From positions 3,776,001 through 3,840,000 of the forward strand of contig OY759599.1 in the NCBI GenBank assembly GCA_963662465.1: a DNA stretch of 64,000 nt, given 5' to 3'. The stretch's first letter is position 1. Each line of letters opens with the position of its first letter. The stretch is from Desulfatiglandales bacterium. GTDB taxonomy: Bacteria > Desulfobacterota > DSM-4660 > Desulfatiglandales > Desulfatiglandaceae. Both the position numbers and the translations under genes were made by a program. Of the stretch, positions 8,984-17,699 are shown one piece after another. The notes under the pieces were generated by a model. It worked only from the letters and a program-made list of their open reading frames with translations, was not told where the DNA came from and did no database searches.

Positions 8984-9295
8984 CTAATGATCTCTATCTT
9001 CCCACCTTTCCGGGTTGATGATTTGATCCAGTATATCGTCCACAATGCTGTCCAAACCGTCCCGGACCGACTTAACCGATTCCGTGATGCCCTGTTCGAT
9101 CTTCATTTCTTCGATGGCCGTGTCCAGGTCCATCAGGGCTTCACCCAGTCGATTGGTTTCCTCTTCCGTCAGGGTTCCCCCTTCCATGCGTTTCAGGGCC
9201 TGCAGCCTGAGCGCGTCCTTGATGATTTCCACCAGGGCCACCACCAGGCCCAGCACCCCGTGCTTGAGGTTTTTTTCGTCAATGTCGATGGACAT
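8984..9295 (-). CDS. gvpK: Gas vesicle protein K
   Basis: LGLVVALVEIIKDALRLQALKRMEGGTLTEEETNRLGEAL is a typical GvpK pattern. Confidence 0.92.
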   Translation of the reverse strand: MSIDIDEKNLKHGVLGLVVALVEIIKDALRLQALKRMEGGTLTEEETNRLGEALMDLDTAIEEMKIEQGITESVKSVRDGLDSIVDDILDQIINPERWEDRDH

Positions 9296-9298
9296 TTT

Positions 9299-9330
9299 AG
9301 TGAAAAGTGAAAAGTGAAGAGTGAAGAGTG
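9299..9330 (+). repeat. (AGTGAAR)4 heptamer array
   Basis: agtgaaa agtgaaa agtgaag agtgaag agtg directly upstream of gvpK. Confidence 0.85.
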
Positions 9331-9354
9331 GGTGGAACTGCCGGCCACTGCTTA

Positions 9355-9729
9355 CTAGTCACTGATCACTTCCTTTGCCTTGGCACTGATCCAGCCGCAC
9401 CAGGGACAGCCGGTGGTGATAAGATCCTCCAGTACAACCCTTTTTTCGCATTGGGGACAGTGCTCCTTGGCGATGACCGCGTCTTCCCAGGCGGGGGTTT
9501 TCAGACTGGTCCCCGAGGGAAATTCCAAACCGTATTTGGCGGCGGTTTCAAAGGACGCCAGCGCCGCCCTGATTTTGATGCCCAGCAGTTCAACGCCCAC
9601 CACCGATACGGTGATGTCCGCATTGATGACCAGGCCTTTGTCTAAAATTCTGTCGATGACGTCCGCCAGGCCGCCGGCCCTTTCGTCTCGGGAAGGTTCC
9701 ATGGCCATTGCGTTAGTTTCTCCCGCCAT
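9355..9729 (-). CDS. gvpJ: GvpJ with C-terminal Zn ribbon
   Basis: LADVIDRILDKGLVINADITVSVVGVELLGIKIRAALASFETAAKYGLEFPSGT (haloarchaeal GvpJ-like), then CPQC...GCPWCGW. Start may be at 9702. Confidence 0.9.
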   Translation of the reverse strand: MAGETNAMAMEPSRDERAGGLADVIDRILDKGLVINADITVSVVGVELLGIKIRAALASFETAAKYGLEFPSGTSLKTPAWEDAVIAKEHCPQCEKRVVLEDLITTGCPWCGWISAKAKEVISD

Positions 9730-10489
9730 TGCTTCCGGCGATGTGATTTTCTCTCACATGAACAACGCCCTTGCCGCTGCATTTGAGACAGGTCAGGCCG
9801 GTTCCCTGCTCGGTTCCCGATCCTTTACAGTCGCTGCACGGCGCAATAGGGGGGTGAACCGAAACAACGCCTTTGCCGCGGCATACGGGGCAAGTTCGTC
9901 CTGATTTTCGTTCCATGCCCCGGCCTTTGCAAAAAGCGCATGAAACGGCCGGAGGAGCGATGCCGACACTACCGCTTCCCCGGCAGATGGGACATTTGGC
10001 CCCCTTCTCTTTTTTCCCGGTTCCCCCGCAAAATCCGCATGCGTGGGTGTTTTCGGTCATCAGGCGTGTTCCGCCGTTTCCACCGGCCCTTCCCGACATG
10101 GTTCCATTCCCGTAGGTCATGGTGTTCCAACCCACCTCATCCTGGCCCGGTTTAAAAAAACTGTTTGGGGACTGGTTGGGGTTTGCCTTGAAGGTTCTGA
10201 AAGACCGCCATTGGAATTCTTCTCTCTGGAGACTTTTAAAGGGGACCCTCTGTTCCGTTTCGATGGTTCTTTCTTCATGGGACCAACCCAGCGCTTTTTT
10301 CCCCTTTGACGTGATTTTAAAGCGACCCCGGTCTTCCTGATCAAGATGTTTGCTTTTGATGAGGTTCGTACATAGAACCGTTGCGTAGTAAGCGTCAATC
10401 CCCAATTGTCGGCTCACCAGGCGAGTGGTTGTTTTGCCGTGTTCCCTGCTTACGGTCTTCAATGCCTTCATTTCGCTCCCTGAAACCAT
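9713..10489 (-). CDS. Winged-helix-like domain plus DnaJ-type Cys-rich Zn-finger protein
   Basis: N-terminal wHTH-like (VSRQLGIDAYY...GRFKITSKGKKAL); six CxxCxGxG repeats; no J-domain HPD motif. Confidence 0.75.
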   Translation of the reverse strand: MVSGSEMKALKTVSREHGKTTTRLVSRQLGIDAYYATVLCTNLIKSKHLDQEDRGRFKITSKGKKALGWSHEERTIETEQRVPFKSLQREEFQWRSFRTFKANPNQSPNSFFKPGQDEVGWNTMTYGNGTMSGRAGGNGGTRLMTENTHACGFCGGTGKKEKGAKCPICRGSGSVGIAPPAVSCAFCKGRGMERKSGRTCPVCRGKGVVSVHPPIAPCSDCKGSGTEQGTGLTCLKCSGKGVVHVRENHIAGSNGGRN

Positions 10490-10501
10490 CAGAAATGTCT
10501 C

Positions 10502-10768
10502 CTACTCCGACGCCGATTCGGTATCAATACGCCTTCTCATGCCGGTGCGCCGAAAATCCAGCATATTGCCTTCCCCATCCAGCCGGGTTTCGTAGGCGGC
10601 CAGGATATCCATACTTTCGGGGATAGAATGTTTTTCCACCACTTCAAGGACGACCCGCCATTCATCTTCTTCTCTGGCGACTTCGATGGTGGATGAGACC
10701 TCCAAACCCGTTAGGGCATTCAATTCGGACCTTGCATTCTTGACGATTTGTGCCATGCCGACAGCCAT
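10502..10768 (-). CDS. gvpO: Gas vesicle protein O (GvpO/GvpR family)
   Basis: WRVVLEVVEKHSIPESMDILAAYETRLDGEGNMLDFRR. Confidence 0.9.
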   Translation of the reverse strand: MAVGMAQIVKNARSELNALTGLEVSSTIEVAREEDEWRVVLEVVEKHSIPESMDILAAYETRLDGEGNMLDFRRTGMRRRIDTESASE

Positions 10769-10841
10769 TTTTTTCTCCTTTAACGCTAGATTCCAAAAAG
10801 CTCAATTATTCAATTTTAATGACAAAAATGAAATCTACATG

Positions 10842-10874
10842 AATCCGCAATCCGAAATCCGCAATCCGAAATCC
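10842..10874 (+). repeat. (AATCCGM)n heptamer array, reverse complement of the array inside gvpL
   Basis: aatccgc aatccga aatccgc aatccga aatcc. Confidence 0.85.
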
Positions 10875-11114
10875 CTATCCCTCTTCCTTCATCTTCCGGA
10901 TCATCTCAAGTTGTTCCATAAGGCGTGTTTCCTGTTTCTCATATTCTTCTTCGCTGATTTCATCCATTTCAAACTGCATCTGGAGATGAAGCAGCCCTTC
11001 GTGGATTTTTGATTCATCCGTCATTTCGTTGTAAGCCGCGTCCCGCAATTTTTGACCCAGCCAGATGGTCAGCTTAAGGGGTGAAAAAAGAATGTCATCC
11101 AGAATAAAAGCCAT
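10875..11114 (-). CDS. gvpG: Gas vesicle protein G
   Basis: MAFILDDILFSPL...LQMQFEMDEISEEEYEKQETRL. Confidence 0.92.
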   Translation of the reverse strand: MAFILDDILFSPLKLTIWLGQKLRDAAYNEMTDESKIHEGLLHLQMQFEMDEISEEEYEKQETRLMEQLEMIRKMKEEG

Positions 11115-11130
11115 AACCTAGCATCCTCCC

Positions 11131-11154
11131 CCTGCACCCTGCACCCTGCACCCT
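11131..11154 (+). repeat. (CCTGCAC)3 heptamer array
   Basis: cctgcac x3 plus cct between gvpF and gvpG. Confidence 0.8.
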
Positions 11155-11159
11155 ATTTT

Positions 11160-11912
11160 CTACCATTTCACCACGATTTCCACGAAATTGCAGGGCGGAA
11201 TAGGCCCCACATACTTCAGCGTCATTTTTCCCGCATAAAGGTCCTTGACTTTTTCAACCGCAAGATCGAACGCTTTTTCCTTTTCTTTTTCTATCAGAAA
11301 TGCCGTGTTGGTAATCATTTGATCTCCGAAATGATTATTCAGTTTTCTTTCCACCCAGAGCCCTTCAAGGGGGACCAGGATGGATTGTTCTTTCTGTTCT
11401 TTCCAGGCCTCAAGGGCCTTTTTGACCATCTCTCCCAGGCGGACCTGATCCCGCTGAACGCCGCCCCGGCGCTTAATCAGTCGGTCGCGCAGTCGACTGA
11501 TATCCGTGTTCTGGGTGGCAATTTCATCGAAGACGGGCTTCATGTCTTTCCAGATGGCCTTGATGCCCAATTCAATCTTGCCGTGCATATAGGCTAACGC
11601 TTCAACCAGTTCCCCTCGCCTGTCTTTCAGGAGTTTTTCCCGGATCGGAAGCAATCCCTCGCTGACCGTTCCGAATCGTACCGGGAGCATGGGATATTCC
11701 AGCATCACCCTTTCCATGACTTTCTGATGGGCCATGGTATTGGCCCGGGTAACCGGGTATTGCTTGATGGGAGAATCGCTGACCACCGCCCCGAGCCCGT
11801 CCTGAACAATGGTATAGATTTCGCTGTTGTGTTTGCCGACGCCGGCGTCGCCGAAATGTGCTTCCCGATCCGTTTCAATGATGGCGTAGATGTATTGTCC
11901 TACCTCGGTCAT
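11160..11912 (-). CDS. gvpF: GvpF/GvpL-family protein
   Basis: GQYIYAII, AHQKVME, LPVRFGT, ELGIKAIW, YVGPIPPCNFV. Confidence 0.9.
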   Translation of the reverse strand: MTEVGQYIYAIIETDREAHFGDAGVGKHNSEIYTIVQDGLGAVVSDSPIKQYPVTRANTMAHQKVMERVMLEYPMLPVRFGTVSEGLLPIREKLLKDRRGELVEALAYMHGKIELGIKAIWKDMKPVFDEIATQNTDISRLRDRLIKRRGGVQRDQVRLGEMVKKALEAWKEQKEQSILVPLEGLWVERKLNNHFGDQMITNTAFLIEKEKEKAFDLAVEKVKDLYAGKMTLKYVGPIPPCNFVEIVVKW

Positions 11913-11931
11913 ATCAGTGGTTCCCTTCCCC

Positions 11932-12951
11932 CTAATTGCCCACGGTCGTTATGGAGACCCAGCTTTTGATATCCGTTTCCCGAAAGGAACAAATCGGGTC
12001 TCGGCAGTAATCATTTACCAACTTGTAGGCATGGCTGATTTTTTCGAAATGCTTCTGGGCGTCCCGGTCGCCCGGGAATTTGTCCGGATGGAATTTTTTG
12101 GTCAGTTGCCGGTAATTATCCCGGATCTCCTGTTGGGTGGTTTCTTCTTCCAGTTGAAGCAGCTTCCTGGCATCGTTCAATGGCGCATATTCGGCGGTTT
12201 TGATCTCAAAGGTATGAAAACTGTAAGGGGGCAAAGGGCCGATGATGCGAAAATTGATCCGGTCTTCATAACGCTGGTCCAGTCCCGAGACGATGCCTTC
12301 CAGCCGGGGTGCATTTTCCTTTCTAATCAGGAAAGCGGCGTTCATGATCATGCCATCGTCCATGAGGGAATGAATGCAGTGCTTTTCCGCGATGCTCAGC
12401 AGGGGGGGCAAAATGACGGATTTCAGGGATTCCCGTTTTTGGTCCAGCAGGGCCTTTACCTGTTTTCCGGCTTGGATCCTTAGTTCCAAACCATTGCCGT
12501 CCGATTCGGCAGCTGCGGTTTCCTTGAGCGCCTTGATCTCCTCGGTCTGTCCAATTTCCGCCAGTACGGCATTCAAGTCCGGCCAGAGCGCCACCACGTC
12601 AAGCTCGATCTTGTTTTCCATTTCGTTCAGACTTTTAACAATTTCATCCTCTCCCCGTTTCAAAATCCGGATGACCGCCTCATCCCCTTCAAGCAGTGCC
12701 CCGAATTTGACGGGGATCACCGGATGCGCGTTCATCACCTGCTCAATGACCGATTGGTAAACCGTCAGATTTCGCAGGAGGGTTTCCTTGGGCAGCGCCT
12801 CAAACCCCTGGCGGGGCAGGTTACTGACGATGGCGGATATGCCCTCAATCGGCACGGTGTAAACTTCCCTGCCGTCAATTCCGATGGCGCCGAACCCGCG
12901 GGGTTCATTCCCTTCGATGAGTCCGTAAATGGTTCTCCCTTCATCCGGCAT
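11932..12951 (-). CDS. GvpF/GvpL-family protein fused to a C-terminal DnaJ J-domain
   Basis: GvpF/L core ending GPLPPYSF, then ARKLLQL...EIRDNYRQLTKKFHPDKFPGD...FEKISHAYKLV (J-domain with HPD). Confidence 0.9.
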   Translation of the reverse strand: MPDEGRTIYGLIEGNEPRGFGAIGIDGREVYTVPIEGISAIVSNLPRQGFEALPKETLLRNLTVYQSVIEQVMNAHPVIPVKFGALLEGDEAVIRILKRGEDEIVKSLNEMENKIELDVVALWPDLNAVLAEIGQTEEIKALKETAAAESDGNGLELRIQAGKQVKALLDQKRESLKSVILPPLLSIAEKHCIHSLMDDGMIMNAAFLIRKENAPRLEGIVSGLDQRYEDRINFRIIGPLPPYSFHTFEIKTAEYAPLNDARKLLQLEEETTQQEIRDNYRQLTKKFHPDKFPGDRDAQKHFEKISHAYKLVNDYCRDPICSFRETDIKSWVSITTVGN

Positions 12952-12985
12952 TCCGGTTCCTCCATTCTGGTTCTTTTGGGGTGAA

Positions 12986-15118
12986 TCAGGGCTTGTTTAT
13001 CTCTTCAAGAGCATTCTGAAAATGTTTTCCCCGTATTTTGAATTCGGCATAGTCGCTTTCTCCGCTTTCGATGAATTCCCGAATGGCCTTCATGGCCGCC
13101 TTTTTGCAGATGGATTCCAGGTCGGCCCCCACCAGATTTTCGGAAGCCTCAGCAAGGACTTCAAGGTCCACGTCTTCGGCCAGAGGTTTTTGCCGGGTAT
13201 GCACTTTCAGGATCTCCAGCCTGGCCTTTTTGTCCGGAAGCGGGATTTCAAAATGAAAATCGAACCTTCCCGCCCTGAGCAGGGCCTCGTCAATGATATC
13301 CGGACGGTTGGTGGCGGCCAGAACCATGATCCCTTTCAGTTCCTCGATGCCGTCCATTTCCGTTAAAAACTGGCTGATAACCCGATCCGCCACATGGGAA
13401 GATCCATCCATCCCCCGCCTGGGGGCCACACTGTCGATCTCATCGAAAAAGATGATGCAGGGGGAGGCCTGTTTGGCCTTTTTGAAAATTTCCCGGATCC
13501 CTTTTTCGCTCTCCCCCACCCATTTGCTCATGAGTTCAGGCCCTTTGACGGAGATGAAATTGACTTCCGATTCCGATGCCACCGCCTTGGCCAACAGGGT
13601 CTTTCCGGAACCGGGGGGACCGTATAGCAGGATGCCTTTGGACGGCGTGGTTCCGGCGTGTTCGAATAAATCGTTGTATTTCAGGGGCCATTCAATGGTT
13701 TCCTTGAGAACCCGCTTGACCTCTTCCAGGCCGCCCACGTCGCTCCACTTCACGTCGGGAACCTCGGTAAAAACCTCCCGAATGGCGGAGGGTTCCACCT
13801 CCCTGAGGGCTTCCCTGAAGTCGTCCATGGACACCTGGAGCTTCATCAGGGTTTCGTAGGGAATTTCTTCCAGCTCAAAATCGATTCTGGGAAAGATTTT
13901 TCGAAGGGTTGCCATGGCCGCTTCCCTGGAGAGCGCCTCCAGATCCGCCCCCACAAATCCGTGAGTAATTTCAGCGAGTCGGTTCAGATCAACGTCCTCT
14001 GAAAGGGGCATGCCCCGGGTGTGCACATTCAGAATGGCCAAACGTCCGTTCATGTCCGGAATGCCGATTTCGATTTCCCGATCGAAACGGCCCGGTCTTC
14101 TGAGTGCCGGATCAAGGACATTGGGAATATTGGTGGCGCCGATAACAATGACCTGGCCCCGGGACGCAAGACCGTCCATCAGAGCAAGCAGTTGGGCTAC
14201 CACCCGCTTTTCCACCTGTTTCTCTCCGCCCATCTCCTCCCTTTTGGGAGCAATGGCGTCAATTTCGTCCAGGAAAATGATACTGGGGGCTTTGGCCGTG
14301 GCCTCGTCAAATATTTTACGCAGGTTGGCCTCGCTCTGGCCATAGAATTTGTGCATGATCTCCGGGCCGCTGATGGTCCGGAAAAAGGCGTCGGTCTCGT
14401 TGGCCACGGCGCGGGCAATGAGGGTTTTTCCACAGCCCGGAGGCCCGTGGAGGAGTACCCCCCTTGGGGGATCAATGCCCAGCCGTTCAAAGATCTGGGG
14501 ATATTTTAGCGGGAGTTCGATCATCTCCCGGATTTTTCGAATTTCCCGCCCCAGGCCCCCGATGTCTTCATAGGAAATGCGGGTTTTTCCTTCGCCCGGT
14601 TCCTTTTGCTGCTGAACTTCCATTGCCGTCTGGGGATGAATCATGACCACCCCCGATGGGCTTGTGGCAACCACTTTGAAATCCTGGGTTCGGGAACCAA
14701 TGAGCCTGGCCCGTACCAGATCCCCTTCCACCAGGGGAAGCCCTTCCAGAAGGCTTCCGATATAGCGGGCATCGTAGGATCGCATGACGGTGAGGGGCGC
14801 CACCACAATTTTCCGGGCCGGCTGAAAGTCGCAGGCGGCGATTTTCACTTTTTCATCGATGCCCACTTGCGCATTTTCCCGGGTAATGCCGTCCAGCCGG
14901 ATCAACCCTTGTCCACGGTCCTCCATGTAAGCGGGAAGCACCTTGGCAACGGTTTTTCGTTTGCCTTCCACCGTCACCACATCACCCACCTGAACGCTCA
15001 GTTTTTCAAACTCCCCCGGGTCAAACCGGACAATGCCGCGACCCACGTCCTTGGTGACCGCTTCCGCCACCTTGAGGGTCAGGGGTTTTGCCGTTGTTGT
15101 TTTCTTTTCAGAAGTCAT
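12986..15118 (-). CDS. cdc48: CDC48/VCP/VAT-family double AAA+ ATPase (archaeal type)
   Basis: N-domain (LKVAEA...DVGRGIVR); D1 SYEDIGGL...GPPGCGKT...[18 protein letters not shown]2 VKWSDVGGL...GPPGSGKT...KWVGESEK. Confidence 0.93.
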   Translation of the reverse strand: MTSEKKTTTAKPLTLKVAEAVTKDVGRGIVRFDPGEFEKLSVQVGDVVTVEGKRKTVAKVLPAYMEDRGQGLIRLDGITRENAQVGIDEKVKIAACDFQPARKIVVAPLTVMRSYDARYIGSLLEGLPLVEGDLVRARLIGSRTQDFKVVATSPSGVVMIHPQTAMEVQQQKEPGEGKTRISYEDIGGLGREIRKIREMIELPLKYPQIFERLGIDPPRGVLLHGPPGCGKTLIARAVANETDAFFRTISGPEIMHKFYGQSEANLRKIFDEATAKAPSIIFLDEIDAIAPKREEMGGEKQVEKRVVAQLLALMDGLASRGQVIVIGATNIPNVLDPALRRPGRFDREIEIGIPDMNGRLAILNVHTRGMPLSEDVDLNRLAEITHGFVGADLEALSREAAMATLRKIFPRIDFELEEIPYETLMKLQVSMDDFREALREVEPSAIREVFTEVPDVKWSDVGGLEEVKRVLKETIEWPLKYNDLFEHAGTTPSKGILLYGPPGSGKTLLAKAVASESEVNFISVKGPELMSKWVGESEKGIREIFKKAKQASPCIIFFDEIDSVAPRRGMDGSSHVADRVISQFLTEMDGIEELKGIMVLAATNRPDIIDEALLRAGRFDFHFEIPLPDKKARLEILKVHTRQKPLAEDVDLEVLAEASENLVGADLESICKKAAMKAIREFIESGESDYAEFKIRGKHFQNALEEINKP

Positions 15119-15145
15119 GGGTAATCCTTGTTGGTTATTAGAAGG

Positions 15146-15898
15146 TTACAGCTTCATCTCAATGCTCACGAAATTGAAGGGGGGCGCCGGTCCCACAAGC
15201 TTGAAATCCGCTTCGTTGCTGTATTCATCCGCCAGGTCTTCCACCAGGAAATCAACCTGTTTTTCTCTGGTTCTGTCGATGAGGAATACGGCGTTTAAGA
15301 ACATGTCGTCTCCCATCACGTCGTTTTGGTGCGTATCCAGGGTCAGCCTCTTGAATTGGCGCAGGATTTTCTCGGCGAGTTGCTTCTTTTTTTCATCCAA
15401 AGCCGCCTTCACTGCTTTTCCCAGATCGACTTTTTCATTGCCGTCGGCTTCTTTGCCGTGTTCCGCAACCTTCTTTTTGAGTTCTTTCACGTCGGGGTCG
15501 GTTTGGGCGATTTCCTCAAAGATCTTTTCCATGTGGGTCCAGCGGGCTTTGAGTCCCATTTCCACTTTGTTGTCGAGATCATGAAGCAGCCCTTTGAATT
15601 CAGCATGTTGTCGTCTGAGAAATGTGCGAACCTCCTCGGCGCTGTTGGCGATGGTGCAGAATCTCACCGGCAAAACCGTGTAGTCCTTCATAACTTCTTC
15701 GATGACCTTTTCATGGGCCATGAGATTTTCGGGGTCAATTACGTACCGGGTGATCGGCGAGCTGCTGATGACCGCGCTGATGTCGTTGAACCCGATGGTG
15801 GATACAATGTCGCCCCGTTTGCCGATTCCCATGGGACCGAAGTTTCTGCCTTCATCGCCGTTGATGATGCAGTATATGTATTTACCTTCTTTGGCCAT
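15146..15898 (-). CDS. gvpF: GvpF/GvpL-family protein
   Basis: GKYIYCII, AHEKVIEEVM, VLPVRF, VGPAPPFNFV. Confidence 0.9.
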   Translation of the reverse strand: MAKEGKYIYCIINGDEGRNFGPMGIGKRGDIVSTIGFNDISAVISSSPITRYVIDPENLMAHEKVIEEVMKDYTVLPVRFCTIANSAEEVRTFLRRQHAEFKGLLHDLDNKVEMGLKARWTHMEKIFEEIAQTDPDVKELKKKVAEHGKEADGNEKVDLGKAVKAALDEKKKQLAEKILRQFKRLTLDTHQNDVMGDDMFLNAVFLIDRTREKQVDFLVEDLADEYSNEADFKLVGPAPPFNFVSIEMKL

Positions 15899-15917
15899 AA
15901 TCTCTCCACAGTCGCTG

Positions 15918-16232
15918 TCAATAATCCATCGTCATGACCTTCATGTTGCCCTTGGGCCTGATTTTCCGGGCATCGTTGCCTTCCAGCAGTTTTGCCTTTT
16001 TTTCCAATTCCTGGGCATCCAGCTCCGCGATCCTGTTTTCGATATCTTCAATCCGGGTTTCAATCACTTTTTTTCGCTGGCTGACGCTTACCAGTTCTTT
16101 CCTGGAAAGGGAGAGGTTATTTTTCAAAAGGTAGATCTCGGCGTCATTTGCCCGATCCGCCTTGGGGAGGGAACGGTGTTTCATTCCCATAAGCGTTTTG
16201 ATGTGACCCAGCGAACGAATCTCTTTTCCCAT
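15918..16232 (-). CDS. gvpV: Coiled-coil protein, GvpV-like
   Basis: Directly after gvpN, as in the Serratia 39006 cluster; RSLGHIKT N-motif, central coiled coil, C-terminal Tyr. Similarity judged from memory. Confidence 0.6.
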   Translation of the reverse strand: MGKEIRSLGHIKTLMGMKHRSLPKADRANDAEIYLLKNNLSLSRKELVSVSQRKKVIETRIEDIENRIAELDAQELEKKAKLLEGNDARKIRPKGNMKVMTMDY

Positions 16233-16252
16233 GAAATCTCTCCTTATGATCG

Positions 16253-17167
16253 CTAACAGATTTGATCGATTAATTCGTTGATGACCCTTTTAACCCTTTT
16301 CTGGCTTCCGGCGGTGCCGATGCGGCTGGTTTCGGATGATAGGATATCCATACAGGTCTGCCTGAAAATCGGGTCATTCTTGTCTACCGCCGCCTCGCGG
16401 ACCACCAGGGTTTTGGCGATCATGATACATCCCCGGATGGTTGGGGCGAACTCATAGACGTCGGATTCGCGCAATCCTCTCACGATGCGGACAATTTTCG
16501 TCGCATCCCCATCCAGCAGACCGGATTTGAACTCGGTGATGCGAATTTCCGTCTCTTCATCGAAATAGTCCACATCCAGGGTGATCATTCGGTCGCGAAG
16601 GGCGTCCTGACTTCGGTGAACCCCCGCATATTCTTCCGGATTGCTGGTGAAAATGGCTGTAAAATCAGGGTGGACCTTGAGATAATTCCCTTCTCCCTGT
16701 CTGGGGGCCGGCAGATCCAGCATCCTTTCCTGAAGCACCGACAGCAGAATGTTGTTGGCCTCGGGTCTGGTTCGGGTGAACTCATCATAAATGAGGGTAA
16801 ACCCGTTTTTACAGGCCACGGTGAGACGGTTGTCGGCCCATCTTTTCTGCATGTCCTCTTCAGTTTTCTTGACCGTGTGAATATAATTGTCCACCACTTT
16901 GCGTCTGTGAAAACCGGTCTCTCCGCCCACAAGGTCCGATGTAGAAAACTCCTCGTCCCCATGAATCATGACTACGGGTCGCCCGATCATGGCCGCCACA
17001 TGCATGGCCAGGGTGGTTTTGCCGGTTCCCGAGATGCCTCGAAAATGGATGGGAAAGCCCGCAGCGATATAGGCCATGGCTCTTTCCGCCATGTCCTGGA
17101 CATAGGGGGTTTCTACGAAGTTCGGCAGAGAGCGAGGCTCCAGAACCGTTGTACTGTTAGTTGACAT
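16253..17167 (-). CDS. gvpN: Gas vesicle AAA+ ATPase GvpN
   Basis: GISGTGKTTLA, VVDNYIHTVKK, YDEFTRTRPEANN, FTSNPEEYAGVH, QDALRDR. Confidence 0.96.
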   Translation of the reverse strand: MSTNSTTVLEPRSLPNFVETPYVQDMAERAMAYIAAGFPIHFRGISGTGKTTLAMHVAAMIGRPVVMIHGDEEFSTSDLVGGETGFHRRKVVDNYIHTVKKTEEDMQKRWADNRLTVACKNGFTLIYDEFTRTRPEANNILLSVLQERMLDLPAPRQGEGNYLKVHPDFTAIFTSNPEEYAGVHRSQDALRDRMITLDVDYFDEETEIRITEFKSGLLDGDATKIVRIVRGLRESDVYEFAPTIRGCIMIAKTLVVREAAVDKNDPIFRQTCMDILSSETSRIGTAGSQKRVKRVINELIDQIC

Positions 17168-17201
17168 AAAATTCTCCTTATGAACTGGATAGCGGCAGGT
17201 T

Positions 17202-17244
17202 GAAGGCGGAGCGCCGTTATGGATGCCGATCGCGCTCCGCCTTC
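17202..17244. other. Intergenic stem-loop upstream of gvpN
   Basis: 13-bp perfect stem GAAGGCGGAGCGC/GCGCTCCGCCTTC with a 17-nt loop; no clear U-tract. Confidence 0.7.
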
Positions 17245-17254
17245 TGCGTACTGC

Positions 17255-17623
17255 CTACTTTTTAGTAACCACGCCTTTGCCGCCACAGGTCAAACAGGGG
17301 AGGTATTGCCCCGGCTGTAAGCCTTTCCCTGCGCAATCAGGACATGTTTTCAGGGGTTTCACGGCTGAAACCACCCCTTTTCCGGCACAGACCGTACAAA
17401 CCATTCTTCGCTGGGGTTGGACCGCTGTGCCGTTGCAATAGGCGCACGGTCTAACCGCTCCGTATATGCTGATCCGTCCTTTTCCGCCACAAACCTGACA
17501 ACGGGAAGCGCCGTAGAGCAGTCCAAACGGGTCAATGCCGGTTCCCCGACAAAACGTACACGCCAGGGTGTTCTTTTCCTCAGTGGTCATGCTTGCTGAG
17601 TCGGTCATTGCACTTCCTTCCAT
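17255..17623 (-). CDS. Stand-alone DnaJ-type Cys-rich Zn-finger protein
   Basis: Six CxxCxGxG-like repeats (CTFCRGTG, CQVCGGKG, CAYCNGT, CTVCAGKG, CPDCAGKG, CLTCGGKG). Confidence 0.82.
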   Translation of the reverse strand: MEGSAMTDSASMTTEEKNTLACTFCRGTGIDPFGLLYGASRCQVCGGKGRISIYGAVRPCAYCNGTAVQPQRRMVCTVCAGKGVVSAVKPLKTCPDCAGKGLQPGQYLPCLTCGGKGVVTKK

Positions 17624-17699
17624 TGTCTCCGGCGGGCCATGGCGGTATCCGGATCACGTTTTCCCTTCCATCCACCGCCTTAGGCCTGTCCGAGGACCG

